Shown in pieces: positions 1 to 7,042 of a stretch of 29,885 nt of DNA. Numbering within the stretch: the stretch's first letter is position 1; each line of letters starts with the position of its first letter. Below the pieces are notes generated by a model. That model worked only from the letters and a program-made list of their open reading frames with translations. It ran no database searches and was not told the DNA's origin. A program made the translations under genes and the position numbers. Source of the stretch: Theionarchaea archaeon (GTDB lineage Archaea > Methanobacteriota_B > Thermococci > Methanofastidiosales > SZ-28-30); the NCBI GenBank assembly GCA_018992685.1, contig JACVGT010000028.1, positions 1 through 29,885 on the forward strand. Reading direction: 5' to 3'.

Positions 1-6
1 GCCAGA

Positions 7-837
7 CTACTGGAGCATCTTCGAAACAAAGAAAATCACCAGGACACTGTACATGCCCGCTTTTTCCAATTTCTGGACTACTGTGATCTTGTCCATTCTC
101 ATTTTCAGCAGGAGATACACAGCATACACCATGAGGGCATCCACAGGTATCACGAGAACCAAGTACAGCCAGCCAAAGATTCCTGCAGAATACGGCAAGA
201 AGGTAGCAACTATTCCCAGGACCAGGCATACAGCAGAAAGTTGTGCTGATCTTCCAACGCCCCACAAAATAGGAAGCGTTCTCGATCCCAGCCTCTGATC
301 TCCTTCTATGTCCTCAATGTCTTTGGCTATCTCACGAGAGAAATTGGCAAAAAACGCACTGACTGCCAGCATACTTACAAGCAGAACCTTCCCGGCAGCA
401 GCTCCCCCGTACACCAACGTCAAGCTCGTCAGGAAGGCCACCACGAAATTGCCACTGAGGGGGCTCCGTTTCAACTTCCAGGAATACACGAAAATCAGTG
501 CTATGGCAGGATACCCAATCAGGATACATATCCAGTTGGTGAAAGCGATAAAAAGAAAGGCCAGCCCGAACAAGAGAAGTGCGAAGATACATGCATTTCT
601 CCTGGTCACCGCTCCGCTGGGGAGGGGCCTCTGAGGCTTGTTAATACTGTCAATGTCATAATCAAAGTAGTCATTCATCACCATTCCGGCAGACGAAGCA
701 GCAATAGTACCTATAACAGCCAGGAAAACGTCCAATGGAGGAACCTGTCTTCCTGCAGCAATCATCCCGGAAAGAAAGACAGCAAATCCAGCCATTATAG
801 AGTTAGAAGGCCTGATCATTTCCAAATATGCTTTCAT
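7..837 (-). CDS. UbiA-family prenyltransferase, probably digeranylgeranylglyceryl phosphate (DGGGP) synthase
   Basis: 276 aa, multiple TM helices, UbiA Asp-rich motifs NDYFDYDIDSINKPQRPLPSG and REIAKDIEDIEGD; N-terminal MIRPSN resembles archaeal DGGGP synthases. Confidence 0.85.
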   Translation of the reverse strand: MKAYLEMIRPSNSIMAGFAVFLSGMIAAGRQVPPLDVFLAVIGTIAASSAGMVMNDYFDYDIDSINKPQRPLPSGAVTRRNACIFALLLFGLAFLFIAFTNWICILIGYPAIALIFVYSWKLKRSPLSGNFVVAFLTSLTLVYGGAAAGKVLLVSMLAVSAFFANFSREIAKDIEDIEGDQRLGSRTLPILWGVGRSAQLSAVCLVLGIVATFLPYSAGIFGWLYLVLVIPVDALMVYAVYLLLKMRMDKITVVQKLEKAGMYSVLVIFFVSKMLQ

Positions 838-923
838 GGTAGCAGAACGTGTACATACTATAAAGAGTTTTCGTCTTCAACGCCCTGCATACTCCACTGT
901 GTGAACTCTGAAAATCCATCAAT

Positions 924-954
924 AAAGAAAAAAGAAAGGTCACAGAATGTGACC
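924..954 (-). terminator. Hairpin plus U-tract terminator
   Basis: Minus strand GGTCACA-TTC-TGTGACC, a perfect 7-bp stem (938-954), followed by TTTCTTTTTTCTTT. Confidence 0.65.
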
Positions 955-1003
955 GATCTCTCACCTCCCTTCGGGACCAGTCCTTCTCTCTACTTCACTC
1001 CTT
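930..1003 (-). ncRNA. Candidate ~70-nt small RNA of unknown family
   Basis: Lies between a consensus BRE/TATA (1040-1025) and the hairpin/U-tract terminator; contains a TCCC-GAA-GGGA hairpin and GGAGGTGA with no properly placed start codon; TSS inferred from spacing. Confidence 0.4.
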
Positions 1004-1024
1004 GCATCTTCAGTACCTTTGGAG

Positions 1025-1040
1025 TATATAAATGTTTCGG
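1025..1040 (-). promoter_or_regulatory. Archaeal BRE/TATA promoter
   Basis: Minus strand CCGAAACATTTATATA. Confidence 0.65.
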
Positions 1041-1123
1041 TTTCAAAGTTGCCGAATGTTACTAAACCTATGTAGTAAGAATAAACTTCATCAATCAGAG
1101 ATGGGCTGCTCTAAACAGACACG

Positions 1124-2149
1124 TCAAGAAGTAGATTGAACCAACTTGTCCCGGGCAATTCTGAAAGCTTGCCTCACTTTTTTGTTAGTGGTCTGAGATC
1201 TCTTTTCAATATAATCCTCGAGGTTGTTCTCTCGAGTAGATTCTCGTATCATTTTCATTTCGTACAGAAAGATATTGAGGTTGTGCAGCGCCAGAATGAT
1301 TTCTGAGTCGCTGTCAGCCTTGATCATATCCTCATGAGTGTACTGCTGGCAGATTGCACACTCACAAGGGGGTAGGCTGTCTACACGTTTGATGTTCTTC
1401 ACCCGGGAAAGAGTCACAGGATGCACAAATTCCTTGAACGCTGCAGCCACCACATAAGCCCAGGAGTCAAAGGTGTCCACTCCCAGGTATGACAATGCGA
1501 AAAGAGCTGGAAACCCTGTTATCCCAAAACAGTGCACCGGCTTCTCAGTTTGCTGGCGCACCTCGTGTATCATGTCCACCAGATGGCCCAAATGATTCTT
1601 CCGGGGGACTAGAGAACCAATGCCGTACCCAGAAAACCCAGAATCAAGTTTCTGCATGTAGTCTGTTATCTCTCGAGGGTTGGAGCCATGGATAGCTCCA
1701 TACAGCTGCATGTCAGTTTTTTTCTGCTGAAGCATAATGTTGGCAGAGGCAATGGAGCGTTCCAGCCTAGCCTCCTTCTCCACGTCGTCAATATCGGGAA
1801 GGATTGGGAAATCAAAGGTGATGCCGATGTCGCAGCCCATGCGCTCCTGGTACTGCAAAACCTCCACCGGCTCAAGTTCCACGCCTTTCTTCATGTACTG
1901 AAACCCTCCGCTGTCAATGTAGACAGGGTTACGTGTGCGCAGCACATCATGAATCCCTTCTTTCAGAATTCGATCCCTGTAGGGATACTTCAAAATATGA
2001 TAGAGACTGAGAATAACGCCCTGAGACAGTTCCCACGGTGCAACGTAATCTCCTCCAATCCACTTGTCCCAGATGCCATAAGAGGCTGCCACAACAGGGA
2101 TAAGGGCGGGAGTCTTTATGATACCATGGTTTGTCACAATGTCGGGCAC
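1124..2149 (-). CDS. tRNA-guanine transglycosylase (TGT) family protein, archaeal-like catalytic domain only, no PUA domain
   Basis: 341 aa, GTG start with SD GGAGGG; motifs DSGGFQ, GIGSLVP, HCFG, nucleophile GVDTFDS, Zn site CECAIC...ALHNL. Confidence 0.85.
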   Translation of the reverse strand: MPDIVTNHGIIKTPALIPVVAASYGIWDKWIGGDYVAPWELSQGVILSLYHILKYPYRDRILKEGIHDVLRTRNPVYIDSGGFQYMKKGVELEPVEVLQYQERMGCDIGITFDFPILPDIDDVEKEARLERSIASANIMLQQKKTDMQLYGAIHGSNPREITDYMQKLDSGFSGYGIGSLVPRKNHLGHLVDMIHEVRQQTEKPVHCFGITGFPALFALSYLGVDTFDSWAYVVAAAFKEFVHPVTLSRVKNIKRVDSLPPCECAICQQYTHEDMIKADSDSEIILALHNLNIFLYEMKMIRESTRENNLEDYIEKRSQTTNKKVRQAFRIARDKLVQSTS

Positions 2150-3270
2150 GTAAGTCCCTCCAGAACCGTCTTCATCCTTTCCAAGTAGTCATCATAAGGA
2201 AAGTACAGTGTTTGATGTTCCTGATCGTAGTAATCCATGGAAATACTCTGTCCTCCCCATAGAGAGATGGTCTTTCGAAGCACAAAAAGCTGCTCATCTT
2301 CTATGAGCTCATACCTGTCCAGCTGATTCAACAACTTTATGGTAAATTCGGGGTGAGAAATACAGTAGATGACTCCATACATTCTCCCCGTTTGATATGA
2401 AGTCCACAGGAAGATCTTCTTGTAGAGTCGGGAATCCTTGGCAAAATTGAACAGCATCTTCTTGGTAGTCGAACTCTGGGGTGTGCGCACCAGGAGAAAG
2501 AAATGGGAGCACTTCCAGTACGACAAAGGAAAAATGTCACATACAGGCTGCAGGATCTTCCTCTCTGTCAAGAGCGTCTTTGCGTCTTTCCATTCTGCGT
2601 ATGTGTAGAAATTCCCCTGGGCCTTCTCCTGTTCCATGATATCAGTGAGGATGTTCTTCCCCTGCTCGAAACAGGTGATGAGCTCCTGTTCCCGGATGGA
2701 CAACTGAAGGCCTTCGAACTTGCCGAACGACAGATCAGGAATCTCCGTCTCGCCGAGCAGGTTGTCAAGAGAGGGGACAAAGTCAGCTTCTTCTGAATCT
2801 CTAAGAAAAACAGGTGGAATCACGTGTGTCTGATGGTCTTGAACATACAACTCATAGTGGAAAATTACCCCTTCCTCCTTGAGGAAATCAAACAGTTCCT
2901 TGACAGCCGTGGTATCACTGTCGAATATACTGACCATGATTCTCTTGAAAAACCGTTCTTCAATAGGATACATGTAGGAAAAACAGCCAATATTCTTAAG
3001 TAGAGAAACCATGAATCCGTACGATTGTTCAAACAGGATGATGGCAATTGACTTTCTCACGCTATTCCTGAAAATCTTGCCATAGTCCGTCTGGTAATAC
3101 GGTCCAACAAAGTATTCCTTCTCGTGCAGTATCCTCTTCAAGGTGGATACATACGGTGGATTCTTAAGATTTAAAAGATGAGCCAGTTCCTTATTGGTGA
3201 GCTCTGGCCATTTACCAATGTAATCGAGGAGTTTCATTTCAGTAAGGTTAAGATCGTCATTTTTTTCCAT
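2134..3270 (-). CDS. Putative transcriptional regulator with tandem wHTH plus alpha/beta (Lrp/AsnC-like) modules
   Basis: N-terminal LTEMKLLDYIGKWPELTNKELAHLLNL..YVSTLKRILHEK is HTH-like; a second similar unit starts at LSIREQELITCF; ATG 3270 preferred over TTG 3288 from the TATA at 3302-3295; overlaps the TGT gene by 16 nt. Confidence 0.6.
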   Translation of the reverse strand: MEKNDDLNLTEMKLLDYIGKWPELTNKELAHLLNLKNPPYVSTLKRILHEKEYFVGPYYQTDYGKIFRNSVRKSIAIILFEQSYGFMVSLLKNIGCFSYMYPIEERFFKRIMVSIFDSDTTAVKELFDFLKEEGVIFHYELYVQDHQTHVIPPVFLRDSEEADFVPSLDNLLGETEIPDLSFGKFEGLQLSIREQELITCFEQGKNILTDIMEQEKAQGNFYTYAEWKDAKTLLTERKILQPVCDIFPLSYWKCSHFFLLVRTPQSSTTKKMLFNFAKDSRLYKKIFLWTSYQTGRMYGVIYCISHPEFTIKLLNQLDRYELIEDEQLFVLRKTISLWGGQSISMDYYDQEHQTLYFPYDDYLERMKTVLEGLTCPTL

Positions 3271-3292
3271 TTGTATAAATTTGACCAACCCT

Positions 3293-3304
3293 ATTATTTA
3301 AGTA
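3293..3304. promoter_or_regulatory. TATA element probably serving both the regulator and the divergent peptide gene
   Basis: ATTATTTAAGTA reads TTTAAGTA on + and CTTAAATA on -. Confidence 0.4.
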
Positions 3305-3368
3305 TTGTGGACAAGGTAGCAGGTACCACGGAAGAGAGTCGTTATTCTGGGCAGGAGTTGGAGATCGG

Positions 3369-3482
3369 ATGCCACAAGAGGATGAATCAAAACCAGAATC
3401 GGAAATTCTGCACAAGAAAAAGAAGGTGGATAAGTCGGAAAAAGAGAATACTCATACAGCCATGTACAGCATTTTCCCATGA
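3369..3482 (+). CDS. Small 37-aa peptide MPQEDESKPESEILHKKKKVDKSEKENTHTAMYSIFP (not in ORF track)
   Basis: ATG at 3369 preceded by GGAG SD-like motifs; TGA at 3480-3482 ends 1 nt from the pelota stop; occupies most of the gap; charged composition looks like a real protein. Confidence 0.55.
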   Translation: MPQEDESKPESEILHKKKKVDKSEKENTHTAMYSIFP

Positions 3483-3483
3483 G

Positions 3484-4506
3484 TTACTCGATCTTGAATC
3501 GTAGGAAAGCTGCAATACCTCCCAGGTGCAGTAGTTTTTCTCCTCCTTCGTGCTGGGATGAAATAATGTGAGTTCTGCCCCCGCGCTGACGCGCCTGTTC
3601 CAGCAAATATTCAGTTTCCCGAGTAGTTCGCAGCAGTGTATCTACAATAAGCAGGTCTTCGCAGGCACTGTACGTAACTGCTCTCTTGACATCTTCCATT
3701 CCGTAGACTGCATCATTTGTGATGATCCTGGCGAAGAGTTCTTCCACCAGCTGAATATCTCGTGCAGCTTTTGAATCCTGATAGACTTTTTCGATCAATC
3801 CCCGTTTGACTATTTCATAGAGCCCTGTCTTTCCTGTGGTGCTCACTGACTCTATTTCCACCTGTTTCTGCCCAGTGTCTGTTAAGAACTTTCTGAACTC
3901 CTCCTTCGTGAATCCAGGACCTGCTACAATAGTAGGAAGATCATATTCAGAGATCTTGGTAGAAACCTCTTTGAAGTACTGGGCCTTGGCTGCTTTTCTC
4001 TGGGAGGGTTCCCTCTTGCCAGGGATACCCGCATGCACGGTGGCTACTTCTTCTATTCCATATTGGCGCATTACACCAAAGTCTGCCTGTTCATCATCCA
4101 TAACGACCAGCAGAATCCGGGGGGTCGTACTCTGCTGGACTGCTTCTTTCAGTCTATCCAGGTGGTACTGCCGCCATTGTTTGATAATGGTACACCTGGT
4201 ACCTTCTTCGAGGTTAATGGTATGGTGACTTCCAGAATCTTCTCCCCCTTCAATGACTCCTGTGGCTCTCAACCAGTTTGAATGGGGGTGAAACTCTATC
4301 TTCTCAATCCGTATGGTGAGGGTTACGGGTTTTTTCTCAGCTCTCTGCGGCCGCAGCAAATCTGAGGGTTGATCAGTCCTCCGGTACGTTCTGGCTTTCA
4401 GCAAGTCTCCCTCCTCCAGAATGTGGTCCAGGTGCCATAAATCTTCCAGTGATTCTATCTGAAGGCCGATGGTTCCCCGTTCTGGATGATAAGAGAAAAT
4501 CTGCAT
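3484..4506 (-). CDS. pelA: Pelota (Dom34) ribosome rescue factor
   Basis: 340 aa; ESLEDLWHL, GSHHTINLE, VAGPGFTKEEF, EGGEKLLHLGGIAAFLRF. Confidence 0.95.
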   Translation of the reverse strand: MQIFSYHPERGTIGLQIESLEDLWHLDHILEEGDLLKARTYRRTDQPSDLLRPQRAEKKPVTLTIRIEKIEFHPHSNWLRATGVIEGGEDSGSHHTINLEEGTRCTIIKQWRQYHLDRLKEAVQQSTTPRILLVVMDDEQADFGVMRQYGIEEVATVHAGIPGKREPSQRKAAKAQYFKEVSTKISEYDLPTIVAGPGFTKEEFRKFLTDTGQKQVEIESVSTTGKTGLYEIVKRGLIEKVYQDSKAARDIQLVEELFARIITNDAVYGMEDVKRAVTYSACEDLLIVDTLLRTTRETEYLLEQARQRGGRTHIISSQHEGGEKLLHLGGIAAFLRFKIE

Positions 4507-4542
4507 ACCAACCTTTTAAAATGCCCACATATAAAGGTTCAT
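4507..4542. promoter_or_regulatory. Compact interleaved divergent promoters for pelota and hjc
   Basis: TTTTAAAA at 4514-4521 (+) and TTTATATG at 4535-4528 (-), each starting 29 nt before its ATG. Confidence 0.6.
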
Positions 4543-4935
4543 ATGTACAAAAAGGGAAGACGGGCTGAACGCTTCCTGGTGGAGAAACTGTGGGATCTGG
4601 AATATGCAGCCATACGAGTCCCGGGATCAGGCAGATCGTACAAGAGGCCCCATCCTGATATAGTAGCCGGGAACGGGAAAAAGTATCTGGCCTTCCAGGT
4701 GAAGAGCACCAGCAAAGAGCGCAAGTACTTCAATGAAAAAGAGATTGCAGACTTGAAGGAGTTCTGCAGTGTCTTTGGATCATTGCCTGTTATTGCAGTA
4801 AAATTCTCACGTTCACTCAGATTATTTCATCCTGAAGATTTAACACCCACAGAAAACGGGTACAAGGTTGATTCCTCGCAAGGACAGACCCTGGAGGAGT
4901 TTCTCCATGATAATACGGCAAGTAACAGAGGATGA
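4543..4935 (+). CDS. hjc: Archaeal Holliday junction resolvase
   Basis: MYKKGRRAERFLV...IRVPGSG...PDIVAGNG...AFQVKST PD-(D/E)xK signature; start moved to ATG 4543. Confidence 0.9.
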   Translation: MYKKGRRAERFLVEKLWDLEYAAIRVPGSGRSYKRPHPDIVAGNGKKYLAFQVKSTSKERKYFNEKEIADLKEFCSVFGSLPVIAVKFSRSLRLFHPEDLTPTENGYKVDSSQGQTLEEFLHDNTASNRG

Positions 4936-5341
4936 CCTCTCGCAGGTAGCTCACATAGAGGAGGTGAGCTTTCAGAACCCGTATCCTGCAGATATTTTCA
5001 CCTTTCTGTTTGAGAAGTATCGGGAGACGTTCCTGGTGATAGAACAGGGGGGAACCGTTTTAGGATACATTACAGGAATTGATAGCTGGCGCGAGGGCCA
5101 CATCGTCTCTCTTGCCATACACCCAGCGTGGAGGAACAAGGGGATAGCCGCCCAATTGGTAGAAGAAATATGTATGATACTGAAAGAAAAGGGAAAGAAA
5201 CGGGTGAAACTTGAGGTGAGGATCTCAAATGAGGCAGCCCTCAATCTGTACAAAAAGGTAGGATTTGAAGAGCAGAAAATCGTACAGAACTATTATGAAA
5301 ACGGAGAAGATGCCGTCCTGATGAAGCGACGACTGCAATAA
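4907..5341 (+). CDS. rimI: RimI/Ard1-like N-terminal acetyltransferase (GNAT)
   Basis: GHIVSLAIHPAWRNKGIA, LEVRISNEAALNLYKKVGF, YYENGEDA; SD GGAGGA before ATG 4907. Confidence 0.88.
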   Translation: MIIRQVTEDDLSQVAHIEEVSFQNPYPADIFTFLFEKYRETFLVIEQGGTVLGYITGIDSWREGHIVSLAIHPAWRNKGIAAQLVEEICMILKEKGKKRVKLEVRISNEAALNLYKKVGFEEQKIVQNYYENGEDAVLMKRRLQ

Positions 5342-5342
5342 C

Positions 5343-5741
5343 TTATTCTTGTTCTAATTCTTCCGCCATTTGTTTGAACAGGCGGGCCAGCCTCTGCCTC
5401 TCTTCAGAAGGATAGGTACGGAACGTCTTGAGGTGAGGTTCAGTAGCCCTTCTTATGAGCTCCAGGTGCTTCTCAGGAGTCTCAATGGCTTTGATGACCT
5501 GCCTCGTCTTTTCCAGAAGGACATGCTCAGCGTACGAAAGCCGGGTAGAGACAAACCATAATTTGGCCATTCCCACTTCCTTGTAGTCCAGCAACCCCGT
5601 TGCTCTCATGACTTCCAGGTACTTGACAGTAGTCGTTCTTGACATATTGAGTCTGTTTGCAATATCTGTAACTGTAGCCCCCATGGGTTGTTTCTTAAGG
5701 AAATCCAATATCAACTTCTCTGTATCAGTTTCCATTAACAA
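5343..5741 (-). CDS. Winged-helix transcriptional regulator
   Basis: GATVTDIANRLNMSRTTTVKYLEVMRATGLLDYKEVGMAKLW is HTH plus wing; start is TTG 5741 or ATG 5735. Confidence 0.8.
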   Translation of the reverse strand: MLMETDTEKLILDFLKKQPMGATVTDIANRLNMSRTTTVKYLEVMRATGLLDYKEVGMAKLWFVSTRLSYAEHVLLEKTRQVIKAIETPEKHLELIRRATEPHLKTFRTYPSEERQRLARLFKQMAEELEQE

Positions 5742-5797
5742 TTCTTATCATCCTCCCTATATAAACGTTACGGATAAAGATCACGCTTATCTATGTT

Positions 5798-5838
5798 CAC
5801 CGAAAACTTTATATAGTATTGATTAACAATAATGAATA
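5798..5838 (+). promoter_or_regulatory. BRE/TATA promoter with palindromic operator TATTG-ATTAA-CAATA (5817-5831)
   Basis: CACCGAAAACTTTATATAGTATTGATTAACAATAATGAATA; 36/41 identical to 24639-24599 (-). Confidence 0.7.
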
Positions 5839-5849
5839 GGTGAAATGAT

Positions 5850-5948
5850 ATGAAAAAGAAGACACCATTAATAGTTTACATCCAATTATTACTCATCTTG
5901 ATTGTTGAAGGGCTAGCCGGAAAGAGAGGAAAATTCACCGGCCGCTGA
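5850..5948 (+). CDS. Small 32-aa signal-peptide-like/membrane peptide MKKKTPLIVYIQLLLILIVEGLAGKRGKFTGR (not in ORF track)
   Basis: Own promoter, SD AGGTGA (5838-5843), basic n-region plus hydrophobic core, stop followed by CTTTTTCT. Confidence 0.6.
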   Translation: MKKKTPLIVYIQLLLILIVEGLAGKRGKFTGR

Positions 5949-5963
5949 CTTTTTCTAGAAATA

Positions 5964-6449
5964 TTATAGCGCATCAACAACAGCCTTTTCAGAGACAATG
6001 CAGCTGAACCCTCTAGAATCCTCAAGGATCACCGTAACTGCGTCCTTGCCTTCCAGGACATTCACCAATTTCTTCAATATTTTCTTTCCTTTCTTTTTCT
6101 GTTCATGATCACCCCAGCGAATAGCTGTCTTCAGAGCACTCTCCACCCGGCGAAGAATGCCTTCAATGTTAGTGACCACCCCCTCGGATGCAGGACCTGG
6201 ATCTACCCGGACGCCCAGCTCTGGTATCTCTATGACACATGTAGATGACTTTACTACCCGGACACACAGCGCGTCCTCTCCCACAGACAGTGAATATCGC
6301 ATGGGGACCTTCTCCTCAAAAGGAAAGATATCTACAAAGCGATATCCACAAGAACACACAAAGGTAGACTGGAGAACCATACCAAAATAAGGAATATCAT
6401 AGGTTTCAGTAATGAGAGTGAGCGCGCCACCACAAGCAGGACATTCCAT
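5964..6449 (-). CDS. ZPR1-related zinc-finger protein
   Basis: CPACGG...IPYFG...CSCGYR, RVVKS, IPELG..VDPGPASEGVVTNIEG. Confidence 0.92.
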   Translation of the reverse strand: MECPACGGALTLITETYDIPYFGMVLQSTFVCSCGYRFVDIFPFEEKVPMRYSLSVGEDALCVRVVKSSTCVIEIPELGVRVDPGPASEGVVTNIEGILRRVESALKTAIRWGDHEQKKKGKKILKKLVNVLEGKDAVTVILEDSRGFSCIVSEKAVVDAL

Positions 6450-6454
6450 ACGAT

Positions 6455-6880
6455 CTACTCTTTGCTTCTATATATCCGAATATTGGTAGGAGTCACCAGA
6501 ATTTTGCTTTCCCCGATCCCGATGATGTCACCGCCAATTCCTCTGCAGATCCCTTTCAGCTGATCTACGGCTCGCTTTAGCTCCTGAGGATCCCGATTGA
6601 GCAGAGGAGTAATATCGCCCAGTACGATGTTCCCTTCACTGAGTTCCTGGTTCACTTTTTGCACGTCAGCCAGACTCCTCAATTTAACGGGCTTTACATA
6701 GGTGACACCGTACTCTAAGAACTCCTCTGAAAGGATGTCCTCTTCATAGCTGACCGCATCTACATCTCTAAACCCTCGAGACATGGAAAGGCCGCCAGTG
6801 TCCGTATCTTCATAGTATTCCTCTGCGTGCCCTTTTTCTTTCGAGAGTTTGTCTCCGAGCACTTCGCTGAGCTTTTTCAT
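6455..6880 (-). CDS. sepF: Cell division protein SepF
   Basis: ELSEGNIVLGDITPL...LKRAVDQLKGICRGIGGDIIGIGESKILVTP; start moved to ATG 6880; upstream of ZPR1 as in other archaea. Confidence 0.88.
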   Translation of the reverse strand: MKKLSEVLGDKLSKEKGHAEEYYEDTDTGGLSMSRGFRDVDAVSYEEDILSEEFLEYGVTYVKPVKLRSLADVQKVNQELSEGNIVLGDITPLLNRDPQELKRAVDQLKGICRGIGGDIIGIGESKILVTPTNIRIYRSKE

Positions 6881-6931
6881 TCCAACACCGTCAAATAATA
6901 TATCGCATTCACTCCTTATAAACGTTTGCAT

Positions 6932-6960
6932 TGTTGATTAGAATTATCAATTAACAATAA
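6932..6960. promoter_or_regulatory. Two degenerate copies of the TATTG-N5-CAATA operator upstream of the sepF TATA box
   Basis: TGTTGATTAGAATTA (6932-6946) and TATCAATTAACAATA (6945-6959); the 11-mer ATTAACAATAA is identical to 5822-5832. Confidence 0.4.
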
Positions 6961-7042
6961 AGATTCACATTATGGAAAACCGACAGTAGTATTCAACATG
7001 TAGTGATAGGGAAATCGAAACGAATGCATTCAGCATACAGAA

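Noticed and set aside
990-1007. Five-codon ORF MQGVK in the candidate sRNA region
   Set aside because: Its ATG is only 25 nt from the TATA start, upstream of the TSS expected from the ~29-nt spacing seen elsewhere
3298-3480. 60-aa minus-strand ORF (MGKCCTWLYEY...) directly after pelota
   Set aside because: It is antisense to the 37-aa + strand ORF, which has SD and promoter support; it has no SD and its stop falls in the TATA box. Not fully excluded.
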